A stretch of 63,957 bases of DNA, filler included, from Asterionella formosa (lineage: Eukaryota), in assembly GCA_002256025.1 (NCBI GenBank). It is 8 parts of 8 records of this genome, joined end to end, with 100 filler letters (N's around TTAATTAATTAA, not from the genome) between each part and the next. Parts side by side here need not be neighbours in the genome. Positions count along the whole stretch, not along the records: positions 32,622 to 40,666 come from NKIB01012332.1; positions 40,767 to 48,811 come from NKIB01012333.1; 6 more parts are not named here. One strand, given 5' to 3'. The notes beneath the pieces were generated by a model. It saw only the letters and a list, made by a program, of their open reading frames with translations. It ran no database searches and was not told the DNA's origin. The translations under genes were made by a program, and so were the position numbers. This document shows positions 34,363-47,828 of the stretch, piece after piece (the stretch's first letter is position 1; each line of letters begins with the position of its first letter).

Positions 34363-36554
34363 ATGAGTTTTTCAACTCTGATGAAGATTCCCGTTACGAA
34401 TCATCATTTTCTGGCACCGACGCAAATTTCAGTCGACTTCGACATGAATCAATCAGACGCAAAGGTTGTGAATCCTTGGTCAAGGAAAAGTCTGTGCCTT
34501 GGGAGCAGCGAAGATAATCGAAGTCTCACTGGAGCCGCCATCGTTTCCCGACGGAGCCTCAGACGAACTTCCTCTCTGGTTGCTGTAGTAGCAACCATTG
34601 TGACTTTTTCAAGCACTTCATCGGCGTTTATTTTGCGAAGCACGATATCCTACAGATCCCGGATTATACTCTCTGCAAAAGATCCCAAGAGTTCCAGTGA
34701 TCTCAAGACAAAGGAGTATGTTGTGAAGCAGGTACAACCGAAAACGTCGATATCTGACGAAGCACGACAAAAGGCTGTCGATGCCATGAATGCCAAGATG
34801 CTCGAGCTGCTTTCGGATAGCTTTCTGGTCTCTCCAAATTTTCCTCGTCAAGAGAAGGGTGGTGGTCGGTTTTCCATGGTCGAAGGTGCCATGAATTTTG
34901 AAACTATGCTCAACTTTCAGAAAAGGTCAAGTAATACTAATATGGTACCAGTAGATTCACAGTTTTCTTCTGTCGTTCCTTTCACAAACGAGGATGGAAC
35001 CCGGCAGAACAAGTTACAGGATCTAGGTCTTGGTGAATTTCCCTCCAAGAGAAAGAAGAAAGGATCTGTCAAGGGATCGGATTCACAGGAAGGAAACGAT
35101 GTCGGAGGCATGGATCCCACTGGCGTGAGCGAGATCGTTGAATCTGGTGAAAAGAAAAGAAAAAAGGTATACAAGAATCTCCCTCAATCAAGAACTCGTG
35201 GGGAACCTATTCGAAAGGAAAACCAAGGGAAAGGGACCAGCTTGCCATTTGATCTTTCGCTCTACAATGGGTCACAGCTTTTGACTGCCGAAGAAGAATA
35301 TACCCTGGGAATGCAAGTTCGATTCATGGTCAAGTGTGAACAAGTGCATGAAGGACTTTCACGTTCCTTTAAGCGTTTGCCTTCGATACAAGAGTGGGCG
35401 ATTGCATGTGGGTAAGTTTCGCTGTTGAGTCATTCGCTTCATATATTTTCAGATTTCATCTGAAATTCTACCTTTTTTTCAGGTTCGTGGAAGAAGATAA
35501 GAATTTTGTTGCCACAGAAGCGGATAACTACCTGCGGCCTGTTGGAAGTGAACAAATGTTTGTTAAGAAGGACCCGAATATGTTTGTGGGCAACGGATTA
35601 GCGTCTGAGATTGGTGTTGGTCGTGGACGGGGTCGAGTGAAGTACTTGCCTCCTCCGACAGAATTGGTTGACTTTTTTGACGACAGTGCAAATAAATTCC
35701 GTAAACCTGGGACTCCAAGGAAACCAAAGACACCCATCAACCGCGGAACGCCTACGGATTTCGTAGAAATGCTGATGGAGGCGAACGAGGCCAAGCAAAT
35801 AATGATTTCTAGCAATATGCGATTAGTAGTCAGCATTGCTAAGAAATTCTACAACGTCGGTGTGAGCTTGTCAGATTTGGTTCAAGAAGGAAGTATTGGT
35901 CTGTCAAAAGCAGCGGACAGATTTGACCCCAAGAAAGGCTTTAAGTTTTCAACTTATGCGTCTTGGTGGATTCAACAAGGCATCTTCCGCTCCATCGCAT
36001 ATCATTCAAGGACCATTCGCTTACCTGTTCATATTCATCATCTCCTGAATCGCATCAGAAGAGTGCGCCACAACTTGGAACTGCAGCTTGGTCGTGGACC
36101 GTCAAACATCGAGATGGCAACTGAGTTGGAAATGTCGGTCGAGAAATACAACAAAATGATGCTCTTGACTCGACAATCTATCTCCCTTGAGGCTCCAAGG
36201 TATAAATACAACAAAAAAGATTCTACTCCTGAAAGTATGACACTCATTGTTGATACGATTGCCGCCACTGAATCTACGACAGGTGACCTCAGTCTCGAGC
36301 AGGGGGTCGATCGCAATCTATTTCACGCCGATATCATTGAAATGTTGGAGGTCTTAGAGCACGACGAACGTCGTGTCATTTGTGCACGATATGGGTTGGA
36401 CGACGGTCTCACCCGCACTGTCACAGCAGTGGCCGCCCAACTGAAGCAGACTAAGGCATGGGTACGTTCTCAGGAGGGACGAGCCCTTCGAAAGCTACGC
36501 CGGCCCTGGTACGAAAAGAAGTTGAAAGAACATCAAGACTCCTTGACAAACTAA
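34363..36554 (+). CDS. Nucleus-encoded plastid RNA polymerase sigma-70 factor; exons 34363-35411 and 35483-36554 (true start uncertain)
   Basis: Region 1.2-like LLTAEEEYTLG; region 2 SNMRLVVSIAKKF..DLVQEGSIGL..FDPKKGFKFSTYASWWIQQ; region 3 RTIRLPVH; region 4 ERRVICARYGL..VRSQEGRALRKLR. GT-AG intron 35412-35482. A hydrophobic segment ends in SSAF (ASAFAP-like). Confidence 0.92.
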
Positions 36555-36982
36555 GTAGCAAACATAATACCACAAGAAGGTGTTTGCAATTTTTTTAAGC
36601 GACAGATAGAGAATTATTTTGAATCAAAATTTCCTCAATTTTGTTAGACATAACTAAATATCCTTTGCACCCAGCTAGCTATACATGGATTCACGAGCAG
36701 TCATATTGTTTCCAGTTTTCTTGCAATCCCTTTCCTTTGTCAAACTTAAACAATCAAGGATTGCTAGTATGGAGTAGCAGGTAAGCCTTTCAAGCCAGAT
36801 TTGAATTAGGGTAGGATGATTGCTTATTTGCCATTGCATTGAGGAGTCCAATATGGCTCACTTTGGATACTGTATTTCAATGGTTTCTATCAACTGAGAC
36901 CCAGGAAGGAGCTCATGACAGTACAGCTATAGTCACATACATTCAGGATTCGTTTGTATAATTGGTGGGTACCAGATATATA

Positions 36983-38600
36983 TGTTATGAATGAGGGTGA
37001 AGACGAGAAGAACGAGACAAAGTAATTGGACAGTTAATTAACCTGATAAGCTCAATAGGAGTTTAGAGGGTTATATGTTAAAAGATGTGAGTTATATACT
37101 TAGAAAAGTGAATACCGGTAGTATATGGTTTGCTTGAAGCAGACATAGGATTAAATGGACGGTTAGCCACTCAGACACAGTTATTACAACTGTAGTCATA
37201 CAAGTCATGACCAATTTATAACATCCACCACATCTCATAATATGATGAGATATGCATATTAATTGTCAGGACTCAATAGCTTTCCATTGCTCCTGCAAAA
37301 TGTGCGTTGCCTGTCGATGAACACTGTCAATGAAACCATAACCCATCATTGTTTTACAGTGGGTTTGGAGTGATGAATAAGGGAGAGCTTTAGTAAAATG
37401 ATCACTACGATTCATTGTTGTAGAGATTCTGGTATGCACAACTTTTCCATGATGGACATGTTCTTGTAATGCATGTGTTTTAGTCGCCACATGACACACG
37501 TTGGGAGTCAGTTTACCTGCATGTGCGAAAATTTGAGCTGCTGTATTATCTCCCCACTAATGATTGGCTCTGTATAAGGAAGTGATATATCATCCATGTA
37601 TGTTTGCAACCATAGGGTTAATTTTTGTCTATGTAGTTGCAGCATCCAATTTGGCCTCTGTCGTATTATAAGTAGTACTTTGCATACGACATAGTAGGAT
37701 AATCACAGCCATGCCATTGATAAGAACCACTCCTCCAGAATATGTGAGGCGATCAAACATTCCCCCACCAAAATTTGTATCAGCATACACTTTAGCCATT
37801 AGAGATAGCGACTACGAGGTAGCTTTCAAAGGCTGCAAAGCGAACGGTGCAGTAGGAGTGCAACCAGTGTGCATGGGTATCGCATTAGGTGCAGCATAGG
37901 TATGCCATGAAGTTCTCATGGAAGATAAGGGTAGTTTCCTGTTAGACTCGCCCTCTAGAGTATCGAGGAGTGTTGAGTGTAAATAAGGTGGGGAACTGGA
38001 TGGTAGGGATGAGCAGGCCGGTGATGGGGTCAAATGCTGCCAATAGAACAAGCTTATAGTTGGTTTTTGCCATTTCCACTCCAACTGACGTTTTGACGGT
38101 GGTTGTCGGTGCAGCTGGTGGTCGATGGTTTGGCGCTGCTGCATGATTGGCATTAGCTAGAGATTCAGAGAGGAGGCAAATGATTTCTTCTTGTTTTGCA
38201 AGTTGTTCAATCGAATGGGTTGTGGCGGCCATAGTGTTCTTATCCATGGTTGGATGGGTACTGGCTTGCTTGAGCCATGAGTTCTGGTGCCTCACCGTGT
38301 TCCTGTGCGGCTTTTTCAGTTACCTGGAAGTGTGTGGGGTCCCATGCCTGAATCGCCTCTAGGTGTGGGTGAACTGTTGCGTTGAGTGTGGAGGTGAGGA
38401 ATTCCTTGGGTTCACTGTCTGCTGTTTTGGTGACAAAGGAGGCGTGAAAGAGGTATCCATGGCTGTAGTAAGGTTGTCCCTGATTATGGGTGAAAAGGTG
38501 CTGTATGGTGGCGTTGAGCCACATCAAACCGAGACTGGAAAGTGGTTGATGTCTGTGACATGTAGAGTGGTTGGGTTGTTGAGGTTTCTGGTAAAAGAAT
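36983..38600 (-). mobile_element. Decayed Ty1/Copia remnant: LTR-like 36983-37223 plus RNase H fragment (~37270-37800)
   Basis: The LTR candidate is bounded by TGTTAT...ATAACA and preceded on the minus strand by a G-rich tract. Translation remnants: KVYADTNFG, TTEAKLDA, DNTAAQIFAH, HVATKTHALQE, NRSDHFTKALP. The right boundary is approximate. Confidence 0.7.
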
Positions 38601-39707
38601 TAAGGCCAAGCAAAAGGCCATGGGCAGCAAATGATAAGTTCTATGGGTTTTGTCAATCAAATCTTATAGTACATTTAAGCTATCTAATAATCGCACTCGT
38701 GCCCAAATAAATGAACACAATACTAGTACCAGTTTTATCAGTCTGTACGGTTATCCTGGCATCGGAATCGGGTCTGCACCGGCACTTTGAGCTCCACAAT
38801 AACTACAGCATATGCAATGAGCTACAAACACATGAAAGAATCAACAGAAACAACAACAAACTCAAGGAGCTTGACAAAACTGGCTGGAATCAAAAAGATG
38901 CATTACTTGTTCAAGATGAGTCATGATGATCATGTCACCACATTTCATTTTGATCCAAAGAACAGATCCTAAAGCTGCACAATATTATCAGAGTCTGCCA
39001 TAAACACCACAAAAGGCAAGGCAAACACATGGGAGGCAAAAAATGCCTCATTAAATGATCAAATCAAGCCATCTGCCTTCTCCTCAGTCATCACGATGTG
39101 GGGACAGATTAACTCACCAGTGCCAGAATATGACATACACAGCACACATCATTCCCCCTACTCTCAATCAAGAGATTGTATCCACTCTTTCCCCACCTTG
39201 CAGCACCCAAAGTCACCACACTTGTTGGGTTGATACTGGGTAGGTTAAGATTTTTATGTAACGTTGTCTGTCAATGCCAGAAAGTGTCATGTGGGCTACC
39301 CTACTAACACTTTTGTAGTCTTAAGGCACTTAATAAATTAGGTTAATAATATCTAATAGAGGTAGTGATTGAGCATAGAGTTCCTAGATGTAATTATTGT
39401 GAAAAAATTGGCCTTGGCGGCTAGGAGGCCTTCCTTTGTTCCAATTCTGTATGATCTGCAAAACAATGAGACAACTATATCCGAGCCTGATCACCTTGAA
39501 TCCAAACCAAGCATGTCTATCCATGGAAATTCGGAATGTGCCAAAAAGACTGTCGAGATTCTTGATTTGTTCAGGTGGGAAAACTGCTGACATGGGAGGC
39601 GTCAAAGGCGCAAGGGCTATTGAGCCACTTGTCAAGGGAAATATATTCATACCTTTATGCATACCTTTAAGGTCCTCAACTTCCACTGACTAAAACCAGG
39701 ATAAATC

Positions 39708-40589
39708 TCATCCATTTAGTCCGTAGAGATTGTAAGCATTCTCAGTAGTTCGCTCAATTACTTCCTCTTCCGTCACACACAAGGCATCTGCAATGAGAGC
39801 TACCCCAACCTGTATACTTTCAGGAACAAGGGCGGCGTCCTCGTGATCCGTTTCTAAAACAAGTCTAGCAATTCCAACCTTGCGAATGACTTCTGCTGTC
39901 TTGGGGGACCTAAAATTACATAACGGAGCGAATCCAAAATAGAGAATAGATTTCCGCTTTCCCTTGCCACACAGAGCCACTAGTTGGTCGACTGTACCAA
40001 GTTTGCCACCGAAAGCATGAAAATAAATCGTTGGAGGCAAGCCGCTCTTTGACTTCTTGAGTTTCGACAAAGATTCCATGAGCTGACCAAAGCATTGAAC
40101 CGTGTGAACACTGACTGGTCGATGAAGACGAGCCGCCAAGGCCATTTGCAGCTCGAATGCCTCGATTTGCTTTTCCATGGAGCTTGTCAAATCGCCTGTA
40201 TCTGGTTGAAAATGGAATCCATCCAGACCAATCTCACCCAATATTGCTTCTGGATTCCCCTTCACAAGCGTCTCGATTTCGGCAAGCCAAGTCGGAATGT
40301 GATCGTTGTCCAGTGCCCAGTGATGGTCGTCAAGTTCATGAAGGAACCAAGGGTGCACACCGTAACAAGGTACAATTCTAACTCCAGGCTTAAGACTCGG
40401 CAGGGATTTCGATAACCTGTAAACGCAGTCAAAGTCTTTGGGATGGGTACTCATGATGGCCATTCCCGACAGCCCCAACGAGCCGTCGTCATGCACTTGC
40501 GCTGCATTTACAGCTGATGTCAACAAGGAAGAGCCTGGTGGACTTGGTCCCAAATGGATATGGTTGTGAGCATCAAATGGGAGTTTCAT
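39708..40589 (-). CDS. TatD-family metal-dependent deoxyribonuclease
   Basis: Motifs FDAHNH, YGVHPW, LGEIGLD, PVSVHTV, YFHAFGG and LVLETD. Confidence 0.92.
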   Translation of the reverse strand: MKLPFDAHNHIHLGPSPPGSSLLTSAVNAAQVHDDGSLGLSGMAIMSTHPKDFDCVYRLSKSLPSLKPGVRIVPCYGVHPWFLHELDDHHWALDNDHIPTWLAEIETLVKGNPEAILGEIGLDGFHFQPDTGDLTSSMEKQIEAFELQMALAARLHRPVSVHTVQCFGQLMESLSKLKKSKSGLPPTIYFHAFGGKLGTVDQLVALCGKGKRKSILYFGFAPLCNFRSPKTAEVIRKVGIARLVLETDHEDAALVPESIQVGVALIADALCVTEEEVIERTTENAYNLYGLNG

Positions 40590-40766
40590 ATCAATGGTGA
40601 GCTGTCAGCCATGCGTCTTCATACATTGGAAGAGAACAATGGTTGGCGATTGTATGTGCGATACCGNNNNNNNNNNNNNNNNNNNNNNNNNNNNNNNNNN
40701 NNNNNNNNNNTTAATTAATTAANNNNNNNNNNNNNNNNNNNNNNNNNNNNNNNNNNNNNNNNNNNN

Positions 40767-41195
40767 TGAGCCATCTGCTCGAAGGGTCCACACATTTGGA
40801 GTAGAATCTCTATTTGTCAAGAACGATCCGTCAGCTACTGGAGAATTAGGTGCATTCATTAAGGATCGACAGGTGGGAAGTGTCTGTATAGTTGTTGTTG
40901 GTGTAGTGCTGGTGCTAGTGCCAGCAATTGCATCTTCCAATCTTTTCACTTGTGCTCGTAGAGTAGAAATGTCAAGTAGATCTTTTTGCGCTGTAGTACC
41001 GGCAGCGAACACCCATTGTTGTCGGTTGCGGTCAAAAATTGATTGTAGCGATCCTGCACGCGAGAACAATTGGAAACCAATGAAACCTACAAACAATACT
41101 GATATTGGAAGCAACAAGTGCAACGACATGTTGATTCTTGCTTTTCTCTTAATTCCAGTTTTCACCTGCTGCTGAGCAGTCCGTACCTGCACCAT
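40767..41195 (-). CDS. 5' part of a type II membrane protein (basic tail, TM helix, coiled-coil/Thr-rich stem); truncated by the contig edge
   Basis: MVQVRTAQQQVKTGIKRKARINMSLHLLLPISVLFVGFIGFQLFSR..LRAQVKRLED..TSTSTTPTTT, open to the gap. The catalytic domain is not visible. Confidence 0.6.
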
Positions 41196-42021
41196 GCTGA
41201 TGTTAATGACGATGATAGGAGTGTTGAAACCATAAGCTATAGGCAGAACTGTCTTCAATTGTGTCTATGAGAAATGAGAGAACAATGCCCAGAAAATAGT
41301 CTACGTGGGTGATATTACCAAGTTACACAACCGACACTGGTCGGTAACCAGATCGAAAAATTAGCGAACCATCCTGACTTTCGTTTATTGACATACCGGC
41401 AGTACTAAGAACCGGAAGTTTAGTACATACCGGTACCGAACTTAGTCTACCTGTAGTACCCTCCTACTCCAGAATTAATCGGGGACACCGGTAGATAAAA
41501 TCAAATAATGACCCCAGAAGGAGGTCCGGTAAAACACGTTTCCTAATAATGATAAATATAAAGCTAAATATCTCGATTACCGGACAGTGCACAGAAGTAG
41601 CAACTACCGATTCCCAGGTACCCCTGGTACCAACATGTGATTACCGTCGTGAACAAATGATATAAACAAAGATTCCCGTAGCCCATTTAAAAAATTGTTG
41701 CTCTGCCCAATTTCCAAGATCTGGGTGGTATGTTGCGTCAAGCAACACATTTTTTGTTGCTGCTCCGAAATGTTTATCTCTGTGTATCGCCACAGATGCA
41801 TACAGTGTTATGCAACACCACTAATTCTATAAATTTAATCGATGTCATGTCATTTAATTGATCAACAAAGACACCATATTTATTTCTAATGGCAACAACG
41901 GAAACGAATTTTGGGAGGAGGGGGGATCAGCAGCAGACATCATTATTTCAACTTGTTTAATTATGGTTTCAGTAAATTCTTGCAACATTTATTACAAGTT
42001 GAATTGCACATGTGACCGACA

Positions 42022-42720
42022 ATGAATGGAAGGGATGATCCCACACAAAATCTAGAATTCCATGGTAAGGAATCCCTACTTGAAGACAACCACAAATGGA
42101 CAAAACTCAAGAAGAACCAACAGGATGGCTTGATGCTGCGCAAGTGCCCCATTGCTCTGAAGGGAGGATTCAAGTCCAGCTACATTCGCTTTTTCATGAC
42201 CAAGCAGCCTGTCATAAAGGAGGAGTTGGGGGGCAACACAAATGTGATGGATTGGAACCAGGGACACCCAGTACTCGTGTGGGTTGATATGACTTTCATC
42301 ATGCTGAAGTGATCATTGATTGCGCCATTGAACACAATATGAAAGTGAAAGGACATGTCTTGTGTTGGCATCTTAGCTATGACACCATCCTTCATTATGG
42401 ACAATGACATGTTAACAGCAGCCAGAACAAGTAAGCAAACAACTGAAGCGACACATCTTTACCACCATGGGACATATTTGGGGACATAACATGGTTTGGA
42501 ATGTTGTCAATGATGCAATGACGACAGATTGGACACTGGCAGATACAATCTTCTTGCGCAAGTTGACTTGGGGCCTACCTATATTGAACAGCTTTTCCGA
42601 TGGGCATATGAATGCTATCCGAGGTGTACCTTGCTGTACAATGATAACAAAGTCGAAGGGATTGGTACCTACAAGTCAGAGACCTTGCTTTTATCAATTG
42701 TTGGAATATCCTGTTAATGC
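42022..42720 (+). pseudogene. Glycoside hydrolase family 10 (endo-1,4-beta-xylanase-like) pseudogene fragment
   Basis: Across frameshifts: YDFHHAEVIIDCAIEHNMKVKGHVLCWH, LKRHIFTTMGH, WNVVNDA (for WDVVNEA), GPTYIEQLFRWAYECYPRCTLLYNDNKVEG. It has stops and frameshifts and is 3'-truncated. Confidence 0.8.
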
Positions 42721-44100
42721 TTTCGAGTTGTCATTCGATGTTTTTTGCTATAGATGTGATCACTTTGGCTGATCATATTCATATAGCAAATATTTTCGAT
42801 TTAACAGATAAAGTAAGCTTTACTTGAATCGACCAATGACCCAATGACACAAAGTAAACTCTACTCGATTCAAGTAAAATGTAATTTATTTGCCATGACA
42901 AATCAAACAACTTGTTACATCAGCCAAAGTGATCATATTTAGAGCTTGAAATCGTATTCAAACTCATGCCACAAACCATAAGCAAGAAACAAATGATATG
43001 GGGTATGAAGGACCCGGAATTCTCACATGGGGTATCATGGCTGGGAGATTAAAGCTCAGAGTACAGTACTAGTTACACCATGTGCGAGCTGGTAGATAAT
43101 TATTTAGCTGAGATAATGCGATATGTTAATATATAGGAAAGCCGCTAGAGCATACCAGTACTTGGCGTGAGTGGCATGAGAATCCTTCATCATGATGTCT
43201 CAGCCTGACCTTGACCTTGACCTTGACGAAAATAGCGGTTATCTCCACAAACATTAAGAACAATTCTTAAGTATTTCAGCAAGATATAGACAGTACAAAC
43301 ATAGGGAATCACTCTAATAACACTTATATGGACAACGAAAATTGAAGCTGCCTATTTTATGGCGAAAAGCTCAGCTTTTAAAATGATGGATGGTTTGGGA
43401 AGATTTGACATTATAAAGTAGCTGCAGAACAGACAAAATTACAAAGACTACTAATACAATAGCATGATTAATTGAAGCAAAAGATGTGAAATAAGTTATT
43501 CATTAACTTATAATTGATTGCTGTATCAATATTGGCAATTTGTGTTGTTTTCGATGCATGTATCGGCTGACAAATGTGAAGCATGTCAAAACTAATGACA
43601 AAATGTGAAGCAACCCTTTCAAGAAGAAGTTCCTACTCATCTTTACAATAACAATGCTATAACCGGGCCTTGAAGGGGCTGCGCGCATCGAAAACAAGAG
43701 AAAAGCAATGACATTTGAGCGCGATGGTGATCAGGATTTTGCCAGCCATTTTGCCTAGGCAATATTTAGGGCTAAAGATAATTGAAATAACAGGTCTAGG
43801 CAAGGTTACCCAGTGTTTCTGGATTTTTCATCAGCCATAAGTACAACCTGTATATCCCAAATGTATATGAGATGATACTACGTACTCCACGTAAAAGCTT
43901 CTCGTTAGTATCGGCAACCTCATTTTTTTTTTCTGGCCGAAACAGTAGCAGTAGTACCGTTGGTTGTTTCGATCACTTTGGCAGATGTAAGAAAATGTTT
44001 TGATTCCAAAGATAAGCAAACTTTAATCGAATCGAGCAATAACCAATCACCCAAAGTAAACTTTACTTGATTCGAGCAAAGTTTACTTTATCTGCCAAAT

Positions 44101-44200
44101 AAAATCATTTTGCTACAACTGCCAAAATGATCATATTTAGAGCTTAAAATCATTTTGCTACAACTGCCAAAATGATCATATTTAGAGCTTAAAACCATTT
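44101..44200. repeat. Tandem 45-bp repeat (2 full copies plus a partial) within a larger repeat shared with 42800-42955
   Basis: AAAATCATTTTGCTACAACTGCCAAAATGATCATATTTAGAGCTT at 44101 and 44146. GATCATATTTAGAGCTT also occurs at ~42930, and CAGATAAAGTAAGCTTT (~42806) has a near-inverted match at ~44078. Confidence 0.8.
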
Positions 44201-45212
44201 TAAAAATTGAGCCACGAATGAAAATTACCGGCATTGTGCGCTGGCCAGTATATTCCACTAAGTATCGGATCAAAGGTGCGCGCGAATACATTTTATATTG
44301 CTGAGATTGTGAAGTCAGCAAAATTGCTGCAACTTCTTGCAGGTACCCTGGAGTACCAGATACCTGCAAGTTGCGGTCATTTTGCCAAAACTGAATTTGG
44401 CGCCGGCAGGCACTCAAATTCGAAACCTCCGGTGTTATTTATTCGACAAATATAAATGCCTAATGGTTTCGCACTGTGATTTTCTAATAAAATCAGTTTC
44501 TGGACCTTGCTGCGATTGGGTTTTTCCCAATCTCAATTCTGAGTGTCGAAATTCCAAATTCCAGATATCTCCTCGTTTAGTACATGCATCTCATGGTACC
44601 AGCATGAATGTACAGAAGTGCAAACGGCTGTGCTACTTGTGCATCAAATGAACATGCCAGTTCACAACATGCATGCTATACAATCATGAGGAATTTCCCA
44701 TAACCATTAAACAGAATGTGATTTAAAAAAAATTATTTTCAATTTTGTACAACTACTGCTGCTTAACACGTTTAATAGTTTCTTAGATAGTATAGTACAC
44801 GTGTTCCTAGCTAGAAAAATTGTTGACATATATTTGATATTCATGGCAATATAGGTAAAATAGGAATCGGCGGAAGCAACATGGCGCTCAACCACAACAA
44901 CAATATCTCCATGATTTCTTGCCGGATCAAAAACCAAATAGTCCGGCCATACATAACCGTCTTACATCAAGTAGACATATGATCCTACAACATCAGTATT
45001 AGCTGAAAGCAATTGATTTATAGTTCGTGCTGATTTATTTGTTTACAACAGGCGTATCATCAATGTCATGATGTTTCCACTATTACCGGTACTGGCAAAC
45101 ATCATGTTCCAAGAATATATATGCATACATGTAGAGCGAATAATTATCAATCATTTCTTAGTGCTCCTCTCGTTCACTCACTGCACACTCAAAATCAACA
45201 ATTGGACCATGT

Positions 45213-45650
45213 ATGAAATGATATAATGACCTCCTCTGGAGGACGGTCCTTGTTGCATGAATGATATATTGATAGCATCTTATTCTATACTATGTGCCAT
45301 TGAATTGAGACGTTCATCATGATGCGTCAGCTGAATATTAATGGACTTATTGGGGAGTCAGTATTGGGAAACCAACCTTAGCAAATGGTGCGGTTTTGTT
45401 ATGAAATGATGGATTGACATCATCTGGAGGATGGTACTTGTTGCATGAATGATACATTGATAGTACCTTATTCATAGTATGCACAGTGAATTGAGACGTT
45501 CAACATGATGCGTTGGTTGAACATTGATGATGTTATAGGGGAATCAGTATTGGGAAACCAACACTGCCAAATGTTGTGGTTTTGTTATGAAATCATGATA
45601 TATCAACCTCATCATGAAGATGGTACTTTTGTATGGATGATATACCATAC
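45213..45650. repeat. Diverged tandem repeat, ~187-bp period, 2 full units plus a partial
   Basis: Units start TGAAATGAT/TGAAATCAT at ~45214, ~45402 and ~45588 and share CTGGAGGAxGGTxCTTGTTGCATGAATGAT and CAGTATTGGGAAACCAAC. Confidence 0.75.
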
Positions 45651-45869
45651 TATCCAAACATAGACCAAGGAAATCTGGAGGATGGTAACGATTGTACTAA
45701 GCAAGCCGGCTAGCTTAATGCATTATGCACAGTGCCATTACAATGACTTTCCTTATCATGGTAATATGAATGACTGACAACATTGCTGATCTGATGCTGA
45801 TAATTAGTGAGTTTACAATGACACAACTTAGTGTCTAGCTATGACTTTTTTAATTGACTTGTCGATTAC

Positions 45870-47300
45870 TGCATGTTCAAATTTATTGCATTCTCATTGA
45901 GGGAAGCAAGATTTTCTTCAAAACTGGCCAATTCGGCTGACCAAGGATCCTCCCCACATGTTGCCAATGCAGCTGCATTCCATTTCCTGGTCTTATTCCA
46001 TAGGTTTATTTCATCAAAGGCAGTCTCAATCATTCCAACCAGATCTTCCCTTTGTACTGAGAGAGCACACCCAACCAGCTCCTTGGCAGTTTTATCAGCT
46101 ATGGCTATTTGCCTGAAATCATAAAACAGATTTTAATTGCAGCCTTGAGAGGTTCATTCAAAGCAATACCACACACCTGATGAGTTGATGTCAAGCAAGC
46201 CTTCTAAGGTGTACACAAGGAAGACTTGACCTGGTACAGGTGATGAATGGTTTGTTGTCTCTAGCCAATCTGTAATAATTGTTCCAAAATGAATTTTGGA
46301 TCTATCTACAATAACAAGCAAAGACTTTTGACATGGAAACATTTTCAATAGCCAGTCAAGATATGTAATAAAAGCATATTGAGTCATAAATGTGATTTGT
46401 TGAAAATAACTGTTGACTTTGTGCATTTGCTCCAAGAAGTCATCAGATCTGCTCCAAATGATCCAGTATCAATGATGAATGGTAGGAGAAGCTGTGAAGA
46501 AAGAAGGCAGACAAGCTGTGACTGCCAATGTGACTCCCTTTTTCGTCATTATCAACTGGAACCAAGGACCCTACTCGTTTTTTCCTTTTGGTACAAGTAC
46601 CTTGTCCTTACCAGGGTATAAAAGAATGAAAGTCTCATCCATGTTGAAAACATTATCCACTTGGAGCTCAATGGCAATATTGCAAATAAGTAATGATTGA
46701 CTCCGGGTAATATCAGCCCATTTAACAGGAACCTTTTGTGAAATTATATTTACACGCTCAGAAAACTGAGTCCTTGCTTGAGATAACTCTTCTAGTCTAT
46801 ATACGAAGACTGCCAGGATCTTCAGAGTAGTTCTGTTGACCAAACCGATGTTGTAGTGAAACAATTACTTCTTCAAATGAAGCAGCCGCGGCATCACCAC
46901 GCTCAAATCTAGAATAGTTCATGTTGGTGACATGGATTTGCTGGACAAGATATTTTACTATTTTACTGGAGGTCAAATGGTGGACCCTAGCTAGTAGAGC
47001 GGGTCCCTTTGTAGCATGTGGAATGCGGCAATTAGCAGATCCAATATAGTATAATGCATTGTTTTCTTTGGCTCGCGATGCTGTCAATTGGGGAGAAAAA
47101 GTTTGCATTTTGGAATACAATTTGCTTCTGGCCTCCACTTCTTTCCTGTTGTTTCACTAGTAACAAATACTTTTTCAAATGTTTTGATTTGATTAAATCT
47201 TGTCTGGTTTATTTATGGACGAGAAACAAATATTGCTTCCTCAATGGAACAATTTTAATTATACCTTCTGGGGTTGCGGGCTTGGCATTTGAAATCCATT
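45870..47300 (-). mobile_element. pogo/Tigger-like (DDE_1/CENP-B-type) transposase pseudogene
   Basis: VFNMDETFILLYP..VLVPKG..KKGVTLAVTA; FMTQYAFITYLDWL..LLVIVDRSKIHFG..LEGL(TSTHQVC), broken by stops and frameshifts. Confidence 0.75.
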
Positions 47301-47828
47301 TGTAAATGTTCTCCTTTCTTAACCAGCTCCTCAGAGTTTCTGGTCTTACCATGGACCCCAAAACTGCATCAAACATGTATTGACAGTCAACGTTATGAGT
47401 CCAAATCGGTAAAACTAAATGGCTTAGATCTCTATAACTGTATGTTCTACTTCAGAACTGATTAAATGATAGCTATCCCCATTCTATAGATTACAATAAA
47501 ATTCGTACTTGGTTCGAATTTTATCATTTAAGGTTGTGGCCCTCGGCTTAACCCTAGTTTGGAAAAAAATCGATAGGTTGTAAAAACGGCGTGGAACAGG
47601 GAATTTTTTCTGTGTATTCCCAAGATGCAAGTATCTCCCTGAATATTTAAACTAAGTAGAAAATGGCGCCACATTGATAGAGTTCCATTTCAAAACGAAT
47701 GAAGACGTTTATGTTGTATCTACCTTGCTCAATGTAGATATATTTTTACTCCCCACCAGAGCACATGTATATACTAGCTACTATATAGTATACCTCGAGC
47801 ATATACTGGTAGTCATCCTGCTTCTATA

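Noticed and set aside
34363..36554. Bacterial contamination suggested by sigma-70, TatD and AdoMetDC
   Set aside because: The sigma and AdoMetDC genes have spliceosomal introns and share contigs with eukaryotic genes (RPL27A, NDUFA13).
39369..39693. Short overlapping ORFs downstream of TatD
   Set aside because: No motifs or splice support; probably 3'UTR or intergenic.
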